Of a DNA stretch of 64,000 bases, positions 35,342 through 45,288 are shown in pieces. The translations under genes and the position numbers were made by a program. A model generated the notes under the pieces. The model was given only the letters and a program-made list of their open reading frames with translations, searched no databases and was not told the DNA's origin. The stretch's first letter is position 1. Every line of letters begins with the position of its first letter. The DNA is from Candidatus Woesearchaeota archaeon (GTDB lineage Archaea; Nanobdellota; Nanobdellia; Pacearchaeales; GW2011-AR1): positions 46,584 through 110,583 of the forward strand of contig CAZTVG010000001.1 of assembly GCA_964617015.1 (NCBI GenBank), given 5' to 3'.

Positions 35342-35947
35342 TTATTTCACGAAAGAGTTTATTATAGGAACCTTTAGATTGTAATCAAGATTATTTTTCA
35401 ATAAAAGATAATCACTTCTGATCATGTTCTTTCTGTTTTCTTCTAAATCATAATATTTAATATCTTCCCTCGTGGAAACCGAAACAAGCATCAAAAGAAA
35501 ACTGTATATTATTTTTCCCTTCTTCCTTATTTGTTCCAGAGATATACTCTTGATGCCCTTAAATGAAGAATTGATTCCAAACTTATCCTTCATGATTCTC
35601 ATTGTAGCCTTTTTTATATTTTCTCCGACAAAAATTCTTCCTCCAGGCAGAGACAAAAAATTATTGTAGGGTCTTTTCTTACGGTGATGCAAAAAATATT
35701 TTCCTTTTTTCTCTGCAACAATTAACAAAACCGGCAAAATCGCCTGTTTTTCCGTGATATATGGGATAAGGTGTTCATAGTTTTCAGAGAGCATGTAATT
35801 TTCTCCGTTCTTAACAACAATTCCTTTAGAAATTAATTTCTTCAGATGATAAGCCAGCTTATTTGATCTTGATTCTGTCTTATCTTCAATCTCACTGAAT
35901 CTAAGTTTGTTCTTGTAAAGAAAAACATTCAATATATCTTTTTCCAT
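35342..35947 (-). CDS. wHTH transcription regulator fused to degenerate Nudix domain (NrtR-like)
   Basis: 201 aa. N-terminal wHTH LRFSEIEDKTESRSNKLAYHLKKLISKGIV. Nudix-like box SLPGGRIFVGENIKKATMRIMKDKFGI with degenerate REx2EE. Confidence 0.5.
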   Translation of the reverse strand: MEKDILNVFLYKNKLRFSEIEDKTESRSNKLAYHLKKLISKGIVVKNGENYMLSENYEHLIPYITEKQAILPVLLIVAEKKGKYFLHHRKKRPYNNFLSLPGGRIFVGENIKKATMRIMKDKFGINSSFKGIKSISLEQIRKKGKIIYSFLLMLVSVSTREDIKYYDLEENRKNMIRSDYLLLKNNLDYNLKVPIINSFVK

Positions 35948-36001
35948 TTTAGTCAGATTTTTTGAGGAAACGTTTAAATAAAAAAACTATTGTCCTGCAA
36001 T

Positions 36002-36490
36002 ATGTATGATAAAAATCAGGCACATTATGTTGTTGTCACAGGAGTTTTAGTCAAAGATGGAAAATTCCTGATAACGAAAAGGGCTGAATGGGAAAAAGCT
36101 TTTCCTGGAAAATGGACTGTCCCGGGTGGAAAATTGGAAGTTCTTGATTATGTATTGCGAGAAAAAGACACTTCCCACCACTGGTATAATGTATTCGAAG
36201 ATTTGTTGAGGAGAGAGATAAAAGAAGAGGTCGGATTAGAAATTAAAAATATTGGATATATAACAAGCATGGTTTATATCAGGTCGGATAAAATCCCCAC
36301 CATCATTGTAAGTTTATTTGCAGAACCAACAACAGAAAACATAATGCTATGTCCTGCACTAACAGAGTATGCTTGGATTACATTAGAAGAGGCAAAAAAT
36401 TATGATTTGATAGAAGGAATTTGTGAAGAGTTAGAAATACTAGACAGACACCTTAAAGGACAAAAATTAGAAGAATGGGAAAAAGCTTAA
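36002..36490 (+). CDS. Nudix hydrolase
   Basis: Nudix box VPGGKLEVLDYVLREKDTSHHWYNVFEDLLRREIKEEVGL. Start taken at the Met of MYDKNQ. Confidence 0.7.
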   Translation: MYDKNQAHYVVVTGVLVKDGKFLITKRAEWEKAFPGKWTVPGGKLEVLDYVLREKDTSHHWYNVFEDLLRREIKEEVGLEIKNIGYITSMVYIRSDKIPTIIVSLFAEPTTENIMLCPALTEYAWITLEEAKNYDLIEGICEELEILDRHLKGQKLEEWEKA

Positions 36491-36589
36491 AACAAGAAAT
36501 CTTTTAAATCAATTAATTCTTTTAAAATTATGCCTGTGTAGCTCTTTCCTGAATTGATGAGGAAACGAGTGAAAAGGTGAACAACATGG

Positions 36590-36661
36590 GCCTGTGTAGC
36601 TCAGTGTTAGAGCAACGCACCTGTAATGCGTAGGTCATGGGTTAGAGTCCCATCACAGGCT
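36590..36661 (+). tRNA. tRNA-Thr (UGU), apparent C33
   Basis: GCCTGTG-TA-GCTC..GAGC-A-ACGCA-CCTGTAA-TGCGT-AGGTC-ATGGG-TTAGAGT-CCCAT-CACAGGC-T. Confidence 0.65.
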
Positions 36662-36701
36662 TTTTAAGAAAACGGGGAAATGCAAACTAATTTAAAAATA
36701 A

Positions 36702-37265
36702 TCACTTCTCAATCACTTCCGCCTTGTCGTCATCAATAAGGATTTTGGCAATTTCCCTAGAAATATTTGCAATCTGACCTTTTTCAAAAGGACCAATTTT
36801 TTCTCCTTCCAAATCCAAGAATTCTCCAACATCCTTCTTAAAAATAACCAACTCATTTTTTGAGTTTCCTTCTTTCTTCCCGCTTAAAAGTTCATTAAGT
36901 TTTTTGTCAGAACTTTCCATGTTTTTCATCAGGGCTTCAAACAAAGATTTTTCAAAAGAAAGCATATTATCAAAATCCTGCTTTGAAATTCCTGTTTCTG
37001 CAGCAATTAAAACAAGATTCAGGATTTTCTTCCTCCTCCTTGTCATTAGCTCCCTGAAGAGAGTCACAGCGTTTTCCAGTTGTTTTTTTGTCTTGGCAAT
37101 CATGTCTGAGAAAATATTATCCTCTTTTGAAGCCATCTCTCTTTTTTCCTTGAGATATCCTGCAACTTCTGTAATAAAATTCTTTAGTAAAGGCTGTAAC
37201 TGATCAGAATATCTCTCTTTTCTTGTTGCCTCATAAAGATCACTATAAGTTATCATAAAAAACAT
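36702..37265 (-). CDS. GINS subunit (Gins51/Gins15-like)
   Basis: 187 aa. SDLYEATRKERYSDQLQPL resembles the GINS A-domain hallmark. Confidence 0.4.
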   Translation of the reverse strand: MFFMITYSDLYEATRKERYSDQLQPLLKNFITEVAGYLKEKREMASKEDNIFSDMIAKTKKQLENAVTLFRELMTRRRKKILNLVLIAAETGISKQDFDNMLSFEKSLFEALMKNMESSDKKLNELLSGKKEGNSKNELVIFKKDVGEFLDLEGEKIGPFEKGQIANISREIAKILIDDDKAEVIEK

Positions 37266-37310
37266 AAATAGGGAAGATTTTTAATAATTGCTATAGTCTG
37301 ATTTAACAAA

Positions 37311-38633
37311 TCACCTTGTAAACCCAACTTTATCTAGTAATTCCTTACCCATAATCATTCCCAGAGTTCCTCTTCTCGCGTTTTTCTCACAAAACTTTTC
37401 TCCTTTTTCTTCAGAATTTTTTCTTGGGTAAAAAGGAATCTTCTGATTTGCGTATTCCAAAAATGAAGTAAAGCTGAACCTTCTTTTTGGAGAGGCATCA
37501 TTGTAAAATAGAACAGGAACAGGGTCTGAAGAATGTGTTTTAAGCTTGCATGGGGTTGAATGGTCTGCAGTAACAACAACCTTAATTTTGTTTGGAGGAG
37601 CAAATTTTCTCAAGAACTTGAAAAGAGTTTTATCCACGTACTCCAGCATTAATTTTTTTTCAACAGGCTTGTTGTCGTGTCCAGGCAGATCTGTTTCCTT
37701 TATATGGATGTAAGCATAATCAGTATTTTTATGGTTTTTTTTCAGAACTTTAATTGAAAAATTGCAAGCTTTTTCCAGACCTTCTCGAAGGTTTTCGTAT
37801 GAATCATGACTTTTCAATCTTGGATAATCAAAAGAAAAAACCTTCATTCCGCAGGCTCTTGAAAAGCCAATTTCAAGAGGCATATAAGCTACAGAAAGCC
37901 ATCTTTTGTAAAATTTTAACTTAGGGGCTTCAATTCCTGCCCCCCTCATAAGGAGACAGTTTGCAGGCAACAATCCTTTTTTTCTTCTCACTTCATTAAT
38001 TGGATGCTTGTCGAGAACATCAAAAGCTTTACTAACAAATTCTTTAAGAATATTTACTGTGTATTGTGTGTTTTCATCATCATCCAGAGCCTTAAAATTA
38101 CCTATCTTGTCTGCTCCCTTAGATTCTCCTTTTAAATATGCAAAATCATTTCCAGTAATATTGTCTGAAAATCCCCCCCTTAAAACCAAAACTGCACGAT
38201 GCTGGATTGTTGGCTTGAAAACAAATTTACACGGGATTTTTATTTTATTTAAAGCCTTGGCAAGAATTTCTGCTTCTGATGTTGTAAGAGTTCTTCCAGC
38301 TCTTCTGTCAAGGATTTTTTCCTTGTTCTGGGAATCTATGGTTGCAAAATTAACTCTTAATGCTAAATCCCCTCTCGTGAGTTTTATGTCTGTTCCTCTT
38401 GCCTCCAGTTGACCGCGCGTACTGTTAATTAAGTCATTCCCGAAAATAGAAACAATTGCCTCATCTGATCCTGGAACAAATCCCGGTCTTACAGGATACA
38501 TATATCCCATTTTTCCTCTTGTAGCCAAAAAATCCAGGTTAGGCATTTCGGCTGCTCCCAGAGGTGTTTTGTCTTGAAGTTGCCTCAATGGCAAATCAGC
38601 CATCCCGTCAAGAATCACAAGTATTCCTTTCAT
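37311..38633 (-). CDS. apgM: 2,3-bisphosphoglycerate-independent phosphoglycerate mutase, archaeal type
   Basis: MKGILVILDGMADLP...VTADHSTP. The alkaline-phosphatase superfamily apgM N-terminus is diagnostic. Start moved to the Met of MKGILVILDG. Confidence 0.8.
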   Translation of the reverse strand: MKGILVILDGMADLPLRQLQDKTPLGAAEMPNLDFLATRGKMGYMYPVRPGFVPGSDEAIVSIFGNDLINSTRGQLEARGTDIKLTRGDLALRVNFATIDSQNKEKILDRRAGRTLTTSEAEILAKALNKIKIPCKFVFKPTIQHRAVLVLRGGFSDNITGNDFAYLKGESKGADKIGNFKALDDDENTQYTVNILKEFVSKAFDVLDKHPINEVRRKKGLLPANCLLMRGAGIEAPKLKFYKRWLSVAYMPLEIGFSRACGMKVFSFDYPRLKSHDSYENLREGLEKACNFSIKVLKKNHKNTDYAYIHIKETDLPGHDNKPVEKKLMLEYVDKTLFKFLRKFAPPNKIKVVVTADHSTPCKLKTHSSDPVPVLFYNDASPKRRFSFTSFLEYANQKIPFYPRKNSEEKGEKFCEKNARRGTLGMIMGKELLDKVGFTR

Positions 38634-38774
38634 TTGGATTCCTCCCGAAGACGAATGAATAAAAATCTTTGATTTGATTTCATTGAAACTAAGAAATATC
38701 CTTTCTTTATAAAAATTTATGTTCAATAACAAAAGATTAGTTAAGATTATAAATATCCTGCAATTTGGTAGGGT

Positions 38775-39797
38775 ATGTTCAAATTTTTAAAGGAAAAACT
38801 GGGAAGCTGGGTAAAAAAAATTTCTAGAGAAAAAGAAAAAGCTGAAAAAACAAAGTTAAAGGAAGTTAAAAAAATAATTATAAAACCTGAAAAAGAAAAA
38901 GGATTGGGAAAAGGAATTTTCAGAAGAATAAGTGAAAAGATAAGTAAAATAAAAATCTCCGAGAAAGAATTTGAAGTCTATAAAGAGGAATTAGGAATGC
39001 TTCTTCTGGAGAATAATGTGGCTTTTGAAGTTTCAGAGAAAATAATCAAGGAACTTGAAGAAAAAATTGTCGGGAAAGAACTTTTAAAGAAAGAAATAGA
39101 ATCAGAGATAAAAGAAGCTCTTAAGGAAATAATTGAAAATATCCTGATAAAGCCTTTTGATTTGGCTGAAAAAATAAAGGAAAAATCTCGAGATCAATCA
39201 AAAGAACCTTATGTTATTCTTTTTGTGGGAATAAACGGAACAGGAAAAACAACAACAGTAGCCAAAATTGCAGATTTTCTTAAAAAGAAAAAACTTCTGT
39301 GCGTAATTGCTGCTGCAGACACTTTTCGTGCTGCCAGTATAGAACAAATAAAAAAACACGGAGAAAGAATCAATGTGAAAGTTATTTCACAGCAGTATGG
39401 CTCAGACCCTGCGGCAGTAGGTTTTGATGCCATAAAATATGCCAAAAAAAATTTCATAAACTGTGTTTTAATTGACACAGCAGGTCGCATGCACACTTCA
39501 AAAAACCTTCTCAAAGAAATAGAAAAGATATCAAGAGTTTGCAGGCCTGATACAAAGATTTTTGTAGGGGAATCAATAACAGGAAATGACTCTGTGGAGC
39601 AGGCAAAAAGTTTTGACTGGTCAATCGGGATTGACGGCATTGTCTTAACAAAAGCCGATGTTGATGAAAGAGGCGGCACAGCTCTCTCTCTTGGTTATGT
39701 GACAAAAAAGCCGATTCTCTTCCTGGGAACAGGTCAGGAATATGACGATATTGAGGTTTTTGATAAAAAGAAATTTGTCAAGGAATTAGGGTTATAA
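38775..39797 (+). CDS. ftsY: signal recognition particle receptor FtsY
   Basis: 340 aa. GINGTGKTTT, DTAGR, TKADVDERGG SRP-GTPase motifs, shorter N-terminus than SRP54. Confidence 0.85.
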   Translation: MFKFLKEKLGSWVKKISREKEKAEKTKLKEVKKIIIKPEKEKGLGKGIFRRISEKISKIKISEKEFEVYKEELGMLLLENNVAFEVSEKIIKELEEKIVGKELLKKEIESEIKEALKEIIENILIKPFDLAEKIKEKSRDQSKEPYVILFVGINGTGKTTTVAKIADFLKKKKLLCVIAAADTFRAASIEQIKKHGERINVKVISQQYGSDPAAVGFDAIKYAKKNFINCVLIDTAGRMHTSKNLLKEIEKISRVCRPDTKIFVGESITGNDSVEQAKSFDWSIGIDGIVLTKADVDERGGTALSLGYVTKKPILFLGTGQEYDDIEVFDKKKFVKELGL

Positions 39798-39808
39798 GTT
39801 ACTTCTCA

Positions 39809-40423
39809 TCATTCTCCCCAAGTTTCCTTAAGAAAATCCTCTCTGCCGGAGCCTTTCCTATAAGCCTTGTAATCCAGAATTCTTTTTTTGTAATAGTCTT
39901 GATGATATTCTTCTGCTTCATAAAAAGCTGAAACAGGAATAATCTCTGTGACTATTGGCCTATCAAATTTCCCTGAATCTCCTAACTGCTTCTTTGATTT
40001 TTCCGCAGTTTTTCTTTGATTTTCATCATGATAGAAAATTGCTGTCAGATATTGTGCACCACGGTCTGCAAACTGTCCCCCTGAATCAGTCGGGTCAATC
40101 TGCCTCCAGAAAACCTCAACAAGTTCTTCATAGGAAATTTTTGAAGGATTGTAAATTACCCTCACTGTTTCCAGATGCCCTGTCTTGCCGGAAGAAACTT
40201 CTTCATAAGTCGGATTTTCTTCTTCCCCTCCAGAATAACCTGAAACAACACTAATCACACCGTCAAGTTCTTGGTAAGCAGCCTCCATACACCAAAAGCA
40301 ACCACCTGCAAAAGTCGCTTCTTTCAATTCTTCATCCAAATGCATGTCTGCTTTTGTCACCTTTGTGTAAACTCCAAAAACAGCCAGTAATAAAAAAATT
40401 CCAATTATAAAATATTTCATCAT
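39809..40423 (-). CDS. msrA: peptide methionine sulfoxide reductase MsrA with N-terminal signal/TM
   Basis: 204 aa. ATFAGGCFWCMEAAYQ active-site motif. Confidence 0.85.
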   Translation of the reverse strand: MMKYFIIGIFLLLAVFGVYTKVTKADMHLDEELKEATFAGGCFWCMEAAYQELDGVISVVSGYSGGEEENPTYEEVSSGKTGHLETVRVIYNPSKISYEELVEVFWRQIDPTDSGGQFADRGAQYLTAIFYHDENQRKTAEKSKKQLGDSGKFDRPIVTEIIPVSAFYEAEEYHQDYYKKRILDYKAYRKGSGREDFLKETWGE

Positions 40424-40556
40424 CCAACCAAGAATTATGCATTTAAATTATTTCCGAACCACAACTTTATTAACTATTATTATATTTCTAAAAATAGGTT
40501 TTAGTTCTCGCAATGTGGGTGTTTAGAGACTTCGTTGCGGGGGAGTAATCACAAAA

Positions 40557-41924
40557 ATGCTTGAAAAACTTTCCGAGATTTTAAGAAAAGCCACTGATAA
40601 AATAGCAAATGCCATATTTCTTGATAAAAATCTCGTGGACTCAATAATAAAGGATTTGCAGAGGGCGTTAATAGAAGCCGATGTAAATATTCTTATGGTC
40701 AAAGAATTAAGTGACAGGATAAGAAAATCTGCTCTTGATGAAAGAATAAAGGGTCTGAAAAAGAAAGAGCATATCATAAAGCTGTTACATGATGAAATTT
40801 CAGGAATCTTGGGAGAACACAGGCAATTAAAATTGCAGAAAAAGCAAAATAGAATCATGTTTATTGGTTTATATGGTGCAGGAAAAACAACAACAGTAGC
40901 AAAACTGGGAAATTACTTCTCCAAAAGAGGAAATAAGGTGGCCCTTGTTGGTTTGGATACACACAGACTTGCTGCACCAGAGCAGTTAAAACAACTTGCA
41001 GAAAAACACAAGCTGTCTTACTTTGTAGAAATTGATGGAAAAAACCCCTTGAAAATCTGGAAAAAATACGGAAAAAAACTCAAGGATTTCAACGTTGTTC
41101 TCATAGACACCGCAGGACGCCACACCCTGGACAAAGAGCTTATCAGTGAAATAAAAGACTTAAACAAGGAAATTAAGCCAACAGAAATAATTCTCGTAAT
41201 GCCTGCAGACATCGGTCAGGCTGCAAAAAAGCAAACCAAGGAATTCAAAGAAGCTGTTGACATTTCAGGGGTCATAATCACCAGGATGGATTCCACTGCA
41301 AGGGGTGGCGGAGCTTTAACAGCTTGCGCAGAAACAAAAGCAGGCGTGTATTTCATAACAACAGGGGAAAAAATTAATGACATAGAAGAATTCAATCCAA
41401 AGTCCTTTTTGTCAAGACTCCTTGGAATGGGTGACCTTGAAACCCTCATGGAAAAAATAAGGTCTGTAACAAATCAGGATGAGCAGGAAAAAGTTAAGAA
41501 AAGAATTGAAGAAGGAAAACTCTCCCTGGAAGACGTGATTGAACAGGTAAAGTCGATGAATTCCCTGGGTGGGTTTGAAAAAATAAAGTCAATGATTCCA
41601 GGTCTTGGAAAAGCGAAAATTCCTGAAAATCTTCTCGAAAGCCAGGAAGCAAAAATCTCCAAATGGGAGCATATTGTAAAATCCATGACTCCTGAAGAAA
41701 GGGAAAATCCCGAACTGCTTGAAAAACAAACCTCCAGAATATCAAGAACTGCAAAAGGGGCAGGAGTTCATAACAGTGATATTCGTGCGTTACTGAAACA
41801 GTACAAGCTCTTAAATGAAATGCTCAAGTCAGGCAAAGACATGGATATCTCAGGAGGTTTAAGCCAGAAACAACTCCAGAAACTTGCCAAGAAATTCGGA
41901 AAAGTAAAAAAAATCAGGTTTTAG
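40557..41924 (+). CDS. srp54: signal recognition particle protein SRP54
   Basis: 455 aa. N-domain, GLYGAGKTTT, DTAGRH, TRMDSTARGGGALT and a Met-rich M-domain. Confidence 0.9.
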   Translation: MLEKLSEILRKATDKIANAIFLDKNLVDSIIKDLQRALIEADVNILMVKELSDRIRKSALDERIKGLKKKEHIIKLLHDEISGILGEHRQLKLQKKQNRIMFIGLYGAGKTTTVAKLGNYFSKRGNKVALVGLDTHRLAAPEQLKQLAEKHKLSYFVEIDGKNPLKIWKKYGKKLKDFNVVLIDTAGRHTLDKELISEIKDLNKEIKPTEIILVMPADIGQAAKKQTKEFKEAVDISGVIITRMDSTARGGGALTACAETKAGVYFITTGEKINDIEEFNPKSFLSRLLGMGDLETLMEKIRSVTNQDEQEKVKKRIEEGKLSLEDVIEQVKSMNSLGGFEKIKSMIPGLGKAKIPENLLESQEAKISKWEHIVKSMTPEERENPELLEKQTSRISRTAKGAGVHNSDIRALLKQYKLLNEMLKSGKDMDISGGLSQKQLQKLAKKFGKVKKIRF

Positions 41925-41929
41925 TTAAA

Positions 41930-42517
41930 ATGGTGCCACAAATAGAATTTAGATATTCTAACATTTATGATGAACGTTTCAAGAAACACAGAAAATCTAA
42001 AATGGCTTCTAAAAGGAAGTTTACAGAAAAAACCATTAAAATTTATATAAAAAATCTAGAAAAAGAATGGGGCAAGAATGGTGATAGAATATTACTAGAA
42101 TTAGAGAAACTTACAAGGTTAAGGTGGCATGAGCAAAAGATTATATGTTATGTTGTGGAAAACACAATACCATTTTCAGATCCGTTAACTATACCATTTT
42201 ATGACAAAGTTGATTTTGCAATTGACATGTTAACTCATGAATTAATTCATCAGATTTACACACAAGGAAATAATCTTAAAAAATGTAAAAAGGCATGGAA
42301 TCATTTATTTAAAAAATATAAAAAAGATACCTGGAATACGGTAATCCACATTCCCCTACATGCAGTTCATTCATCAGTTTACCTTAAATTCTTTGGAAAA
42401 AATAGGCTAGAAAGAAACATTAAACTATTCAAAGATTTGCCTGATTACGCTCGTTCCTGGAAAATAGTACAAAAAGAAGGTTATAAAAATATAATAAATG
42501 AATTTAAAAAAGAGTAA
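41930..42517 (+). CDS. hypothetical protein with HExxH motif (possible SprT/Wss1-like metalloprotease)
   Basis: 195 aa. DMLTHELIHQIY is the only recognisable motif. Confidence 0.3.
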   Translation: MVPQIEFRYSNIYDERFKKHRKSKMASKRKFTEKTIKIYIKNLEKEWGKNGDRILLELEKLTRLRWHEQKIICYVVENTIPFSDPLTIPFYDKVDFAIDMLTHELIHQIYTQGNNLKKCKKAWNHLFKKYKKDTWNTVIHIPLHAVHSSVYLKFFGKNRLERNIKLFKDLPDYARSWKIVQKEGYKNIINEFKKE

Positions 42518-42518
42518 A

Positions 42519-43070
42519 ATGAAAAAGGTTTTCTTAATTCACGGGTGGGGTGGCAGTTCTTCAAGTGAGCCATGGCTTGATTGGCTTAAAGAAGAGCTGA
42601 GAAGAAAAGGTTTTGAGGTTACTGCTTTTGATATGCCGAATACAGACGAACCAAAAATAGAGGAATGGGTCGGATATTTAAGAAAGAACGTCGGGAGAGT
42701 TGATGAAAAAACTTATTTTGTTGGGCATAGTATAGGGTGCCAAACGATTCTAAGATATCTAGAGAAATTACATAAAAATAAAAAAATTGCTGGTTGTGTT
42801 TTTATTGCGCCATGGCTTGATCTGATTAATCAAGAACCAGAGGAACTTGAGATTGCCCATCCTTGGATAAACACAAAAATTGACTTTGGAAGAATTTTAA
42901 GCCATTGTGACAATTTCTTGGCCATTTTTTCAAGCGACGATCCTTGTGTGCATCTAAATGAATCTGAAAAATTCAGAAAAAACCTGGGGGCAAAAATAAT
43001 CATAAAAAAGAACGAGGAGCACTTTAATGATACGGAAAAAATTTATGAAATTTTAGAATTCATAAAATGA
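42519..43070 (+). CDS. alpha/beta serine hydrolase (YdeN/RBBP9-like)
   Basis: MKKVFLIHGWGGSS...YFVGHSIGCQTIL (GxSxG nucleophile elbow). Confidence 0.6.
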   Translation: MKKVFLIHGWGGSSSSEPWLDWLKEELRRKGFEVTAFDMPNTDEPKIEEWVGYLRKNVGRVDEKTYFVGHSIGCQTILRYLEKLHKNKKIAGCVFIAPWLDLINQEPEELEIAHPWINTKIDFGRILSHCDNFLAIFSSDDPCVHLNESEKFRKNLGAKIIIKKNEEHFNDTEKIYEILEFIK

Positions 43071-43459
43071 AATACAAAATTCTTTTGATATTATTTTTAA
43101 TTGCATTGGGAAGTTCTTTGATTCTTTCATTGATTCCTTTGTCCCAGATTTGTGATCCTGGAAAAGGGTGTGATGTTGTTCAGCACTCCAAGTATAATTA
43201 CACTTTCGGAATAAAAAACAGCTATTTTGGAGTTGCAATATTCGCTCTGGGTGTATTTTTAATCTTCTCCCATATTCATCATCCAACAAAAATTAAAAAA
43301 AATCTCATACATCTTGCTGTGATAACAGGGGTGATTATTGCCTTATACTTTATTTATTTGCAAAGTTTTGTTTTAAATGCCTATTGTAAATACTGCATGG
43401 TTGTTGACTTAAGTTTGCTGGCTGCTCTTATTTTAATAATTTTTAAATGGAAAGAGTGA
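43067..43459 (+). CDS. VKOR-like thiol-disulfide membrane oxidoreductase
   Basis: 130 aa, 4 TM. Loop Cys pair CDPGKGCD and TM CxxC (CKYCMV). Confidence 0.4.
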   Translation: MKYKILLILFLIALGSSLILSLIPLSQICDPGKGCDVVQHSKYNYTFGIKNSYFGVAIFALGVFLIFSHIHHPTKIKKNLIHLAVITGVIIALYFIYLQSFVLNAYCKYCMVVDLSLLAALILIIFKWKE

Positions 43460-43460
43460 A

Positions 43461-44102
43461 ATGAAACAAAAAATTCTTCAGATAGGGGCTGAGGCAGTAA
43501 TCTTGAAAAAAAATAAGGATGTAATAAAAAGACGTGTCAAAAAATCCTACAGGTTTAAAGAACTTGATGACAAAATAAGAAAGCGAAGGACGCGTTCAGA
43601 AGCAAAACTTCTTGACAAAGCTTCAAAATTTATACCTATCCCCAAAATAAAAAAAGTTGATGATGAATCCAAAGAAATCATCATGGAATTTATTCAAGGC
43701 AAAAAGCTTTCAGAGCATCTCGAGATTTTTTCTCTGGAAAAGCAAAAGGAAATCTGCAGACAAATAGGTAAAAATATCTCAAGGATTCACAATAATGAGA
43801 TAATTCACGGTGACCTGACAACATCAAATATGATTTTAGTTGACGGTAAAAAATCAAAGGACAAAGACAAATTCAAAATCTATTTCATAGATTTTGGGCT
43901 GGGTTTCATAAGCTATAGGACTGAGGACAAAGCAGTGGATTTGCATTTGTTAAGACAGGCTCTTGAAGCAAGGCATTTCAAAAACTGGAATGCTCTTTTT
44001 GCAGAAGTCCTTAAAGGATATTCAAATTCAAAAGATTATGAAGCTGTTCTTGAGAGGCTTAAAAAAGTTGAAAAAAGAGGACGTTATAAAGAAAAATACT
44101 AA
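43461..44102 (+). CDS. bud32: KEOPS complex kinase Bud32
   Basis: 213 aa. GAEAVILKK..., IIHGDLTTSNMIL, DFGLG in the small atypical RIO-like kinase format. Confidence 0.75.
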   Translation: MKQKILQIGAEAVILKKNKDVIKRRVKKSYRFKELDDKIRKRRTRSEAKLLDKASKFIPIPKIKKVDDESKEIIMEFIQGKKLSEHLEIFSLEKQKEICRQIGKNISRIHNNEIIHGDLTTSNMILVDGKKSKDKDKFKIYFIDFGLGFISYRTEDKAVDLHLLRQALEARHFKNWNALFAEVLKGYSNSKDYEAVLERLKKVEKRGRYKEKY

Positions 44103-44204
44103 AACGTCCTATGTTTCCTTCACAAGTTTAGCAAAAAAGGAGATACAATGAGGTATTAGTATCAATGAAAACCCTTATAAATCATATCCAGTTTTTCTGA
44201 ACAA

Positions 44205-44277
44205 AGCCCTGTAGTACAGCGGTCAAGTATACGGCCCCTTGGAGGCTGGGACCCAGGTTCGAATCCTGGCAGGGCTA
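44205..44277 (+). tRNA. tRNA-Gln (UUG), apparent C33
   Basis: AGCCCTG-TA-GTAC..GTAT-A-CGGCC-CCTTGGA-GGCTG-GGAC-CCAGG-TTCGAAT-CCTGG-CAGGGCT-A. Confidence 0.6.
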
Positions 44278-44288
44278 TTTTTAGTAAA

Positions 44289-44840
44289 ATGCTACATAAA
44301 AAACAAAGCTATGTTTCAGAAATTGCTGAAGAACTGGAAATTGAACTAAAAATACTTTATCATCAAAGACCAACAATTTCATGTGGGGAAAAACTAGGGC
44401 TTCTTAGGGAAAATTCACAATTCAAAGATTGGACACTTGATAGAATAGTAAAAGCTTTGTATTTTCACAGAAACAATCAGTCTTATATAGGGTTCATAAC
44501 TCCAGAATTTGGGGGAAATGTCGAACCTAAAGAAATATTTCCTGAAGTTCTTAAAATTTCCCGTAGTGGTGCAGAAAGATATTGGATTAATCCAAGTCAT
44601 GTTCCCATGGGAATGAGCTGGGGAACGTGCACTCCTTTTCCTTTGCCCTTTAGTGTTGGAGGAGAGATTAGGGATATAATAATTCTAGATTATCCTCAGA
44701 TAAATGATAAATTAGTAGATATTTCAATCGGTGGAACAGGGATAGAATCTTTTAAAACTTCTATGCATTTGCCTTACAAATCAATATATGAAATTTTAAG
44801 TAGAAAGTTTGGAGATAGAATTCACCTTTATCAGTGTTAA
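44289..44840 (+). CDS. hypothetical protein (possible YbaK/ProX-like fold)
   Basis: 183 aa, no firm motif. Confidence 0.3.
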   Translation: MLHKKQSYVSEIAEELEIELKILYHQRPTISCGEKLGLLRENSQFKDWTLDRIVKALYFHRNNQSYIGFITPEFGGNVEPKEIFPEVLKISRSGAERYWINPSHVPMGMSWGTCTPFPLPFSVGGEIRDIIILDYPQINDKLVDISIGGTGIESFKTSMHLPYKSIYEILSRKFGDRIHLYQC

Positions 44841-45283
44841 TTTGGTTCAGTAAGAATATTAACTATATCTTGTGGGGAATCTACTAATTGTAAAAGAGAT
44901 TTACCATGAGGATTAGACAAATCTTTTATTTGTAAATTACCATTAACCCCAGCATACCCTCTTGCAAAAGTTTGTGCTAATTTTAAAATCTTGATAGAGG
45001 CATTTTCTACATTTGATCTAACAGTTTTATTATCTTGGTCAGATCTTCTACCATAATCACACACACCTAAAACAGAATTCTCTATTCCATCCATCAAAAC
45101 AAAATGATCATCAATAATCAAAGCATGAAATTCATATACTCTTTCTCCATCATGGAGTATTTCATAAGAATTCACGAAATTTCTATCTGCAATTCTTCTT
45201 ATCTCTACGCCTTCAGTTTTTTTATCCATTTTAACCATAGAAGGAAGATTAAGGTTTAAAAATTTTCTGGTGATGTCTTGCAC
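44837..45283 (-). CDS. hypothetical protein co-transcribed with MinD-like ATPase
   Basis: 148 aa. Start 6 nt downstream of the MinD-like stop. Confidence 0.35.
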   Translation of the reverse strand: MQDITRKFLNLNLPSMVKMDKKTEGVEIRRIADRNFVNSYEILHDGERVYEFHALIIDDHFVLMDGIENSVLGVCDYGRRSDQDNKTVRSNVENASIKILKLAQTFARGYAGVNGNLQIKDLSNPHGKSLLQLVDSPQDIVNILTEPN

Positions 45284-45288
45284 AAAAA

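Noticed and set aside
37311-38732. Track start at 38732 for the phosphoglycerate mutase ORF
   Set aside because: The first 33 residues are not conserved. The apgM N-terminus MKGILVILDG begins at 38633.
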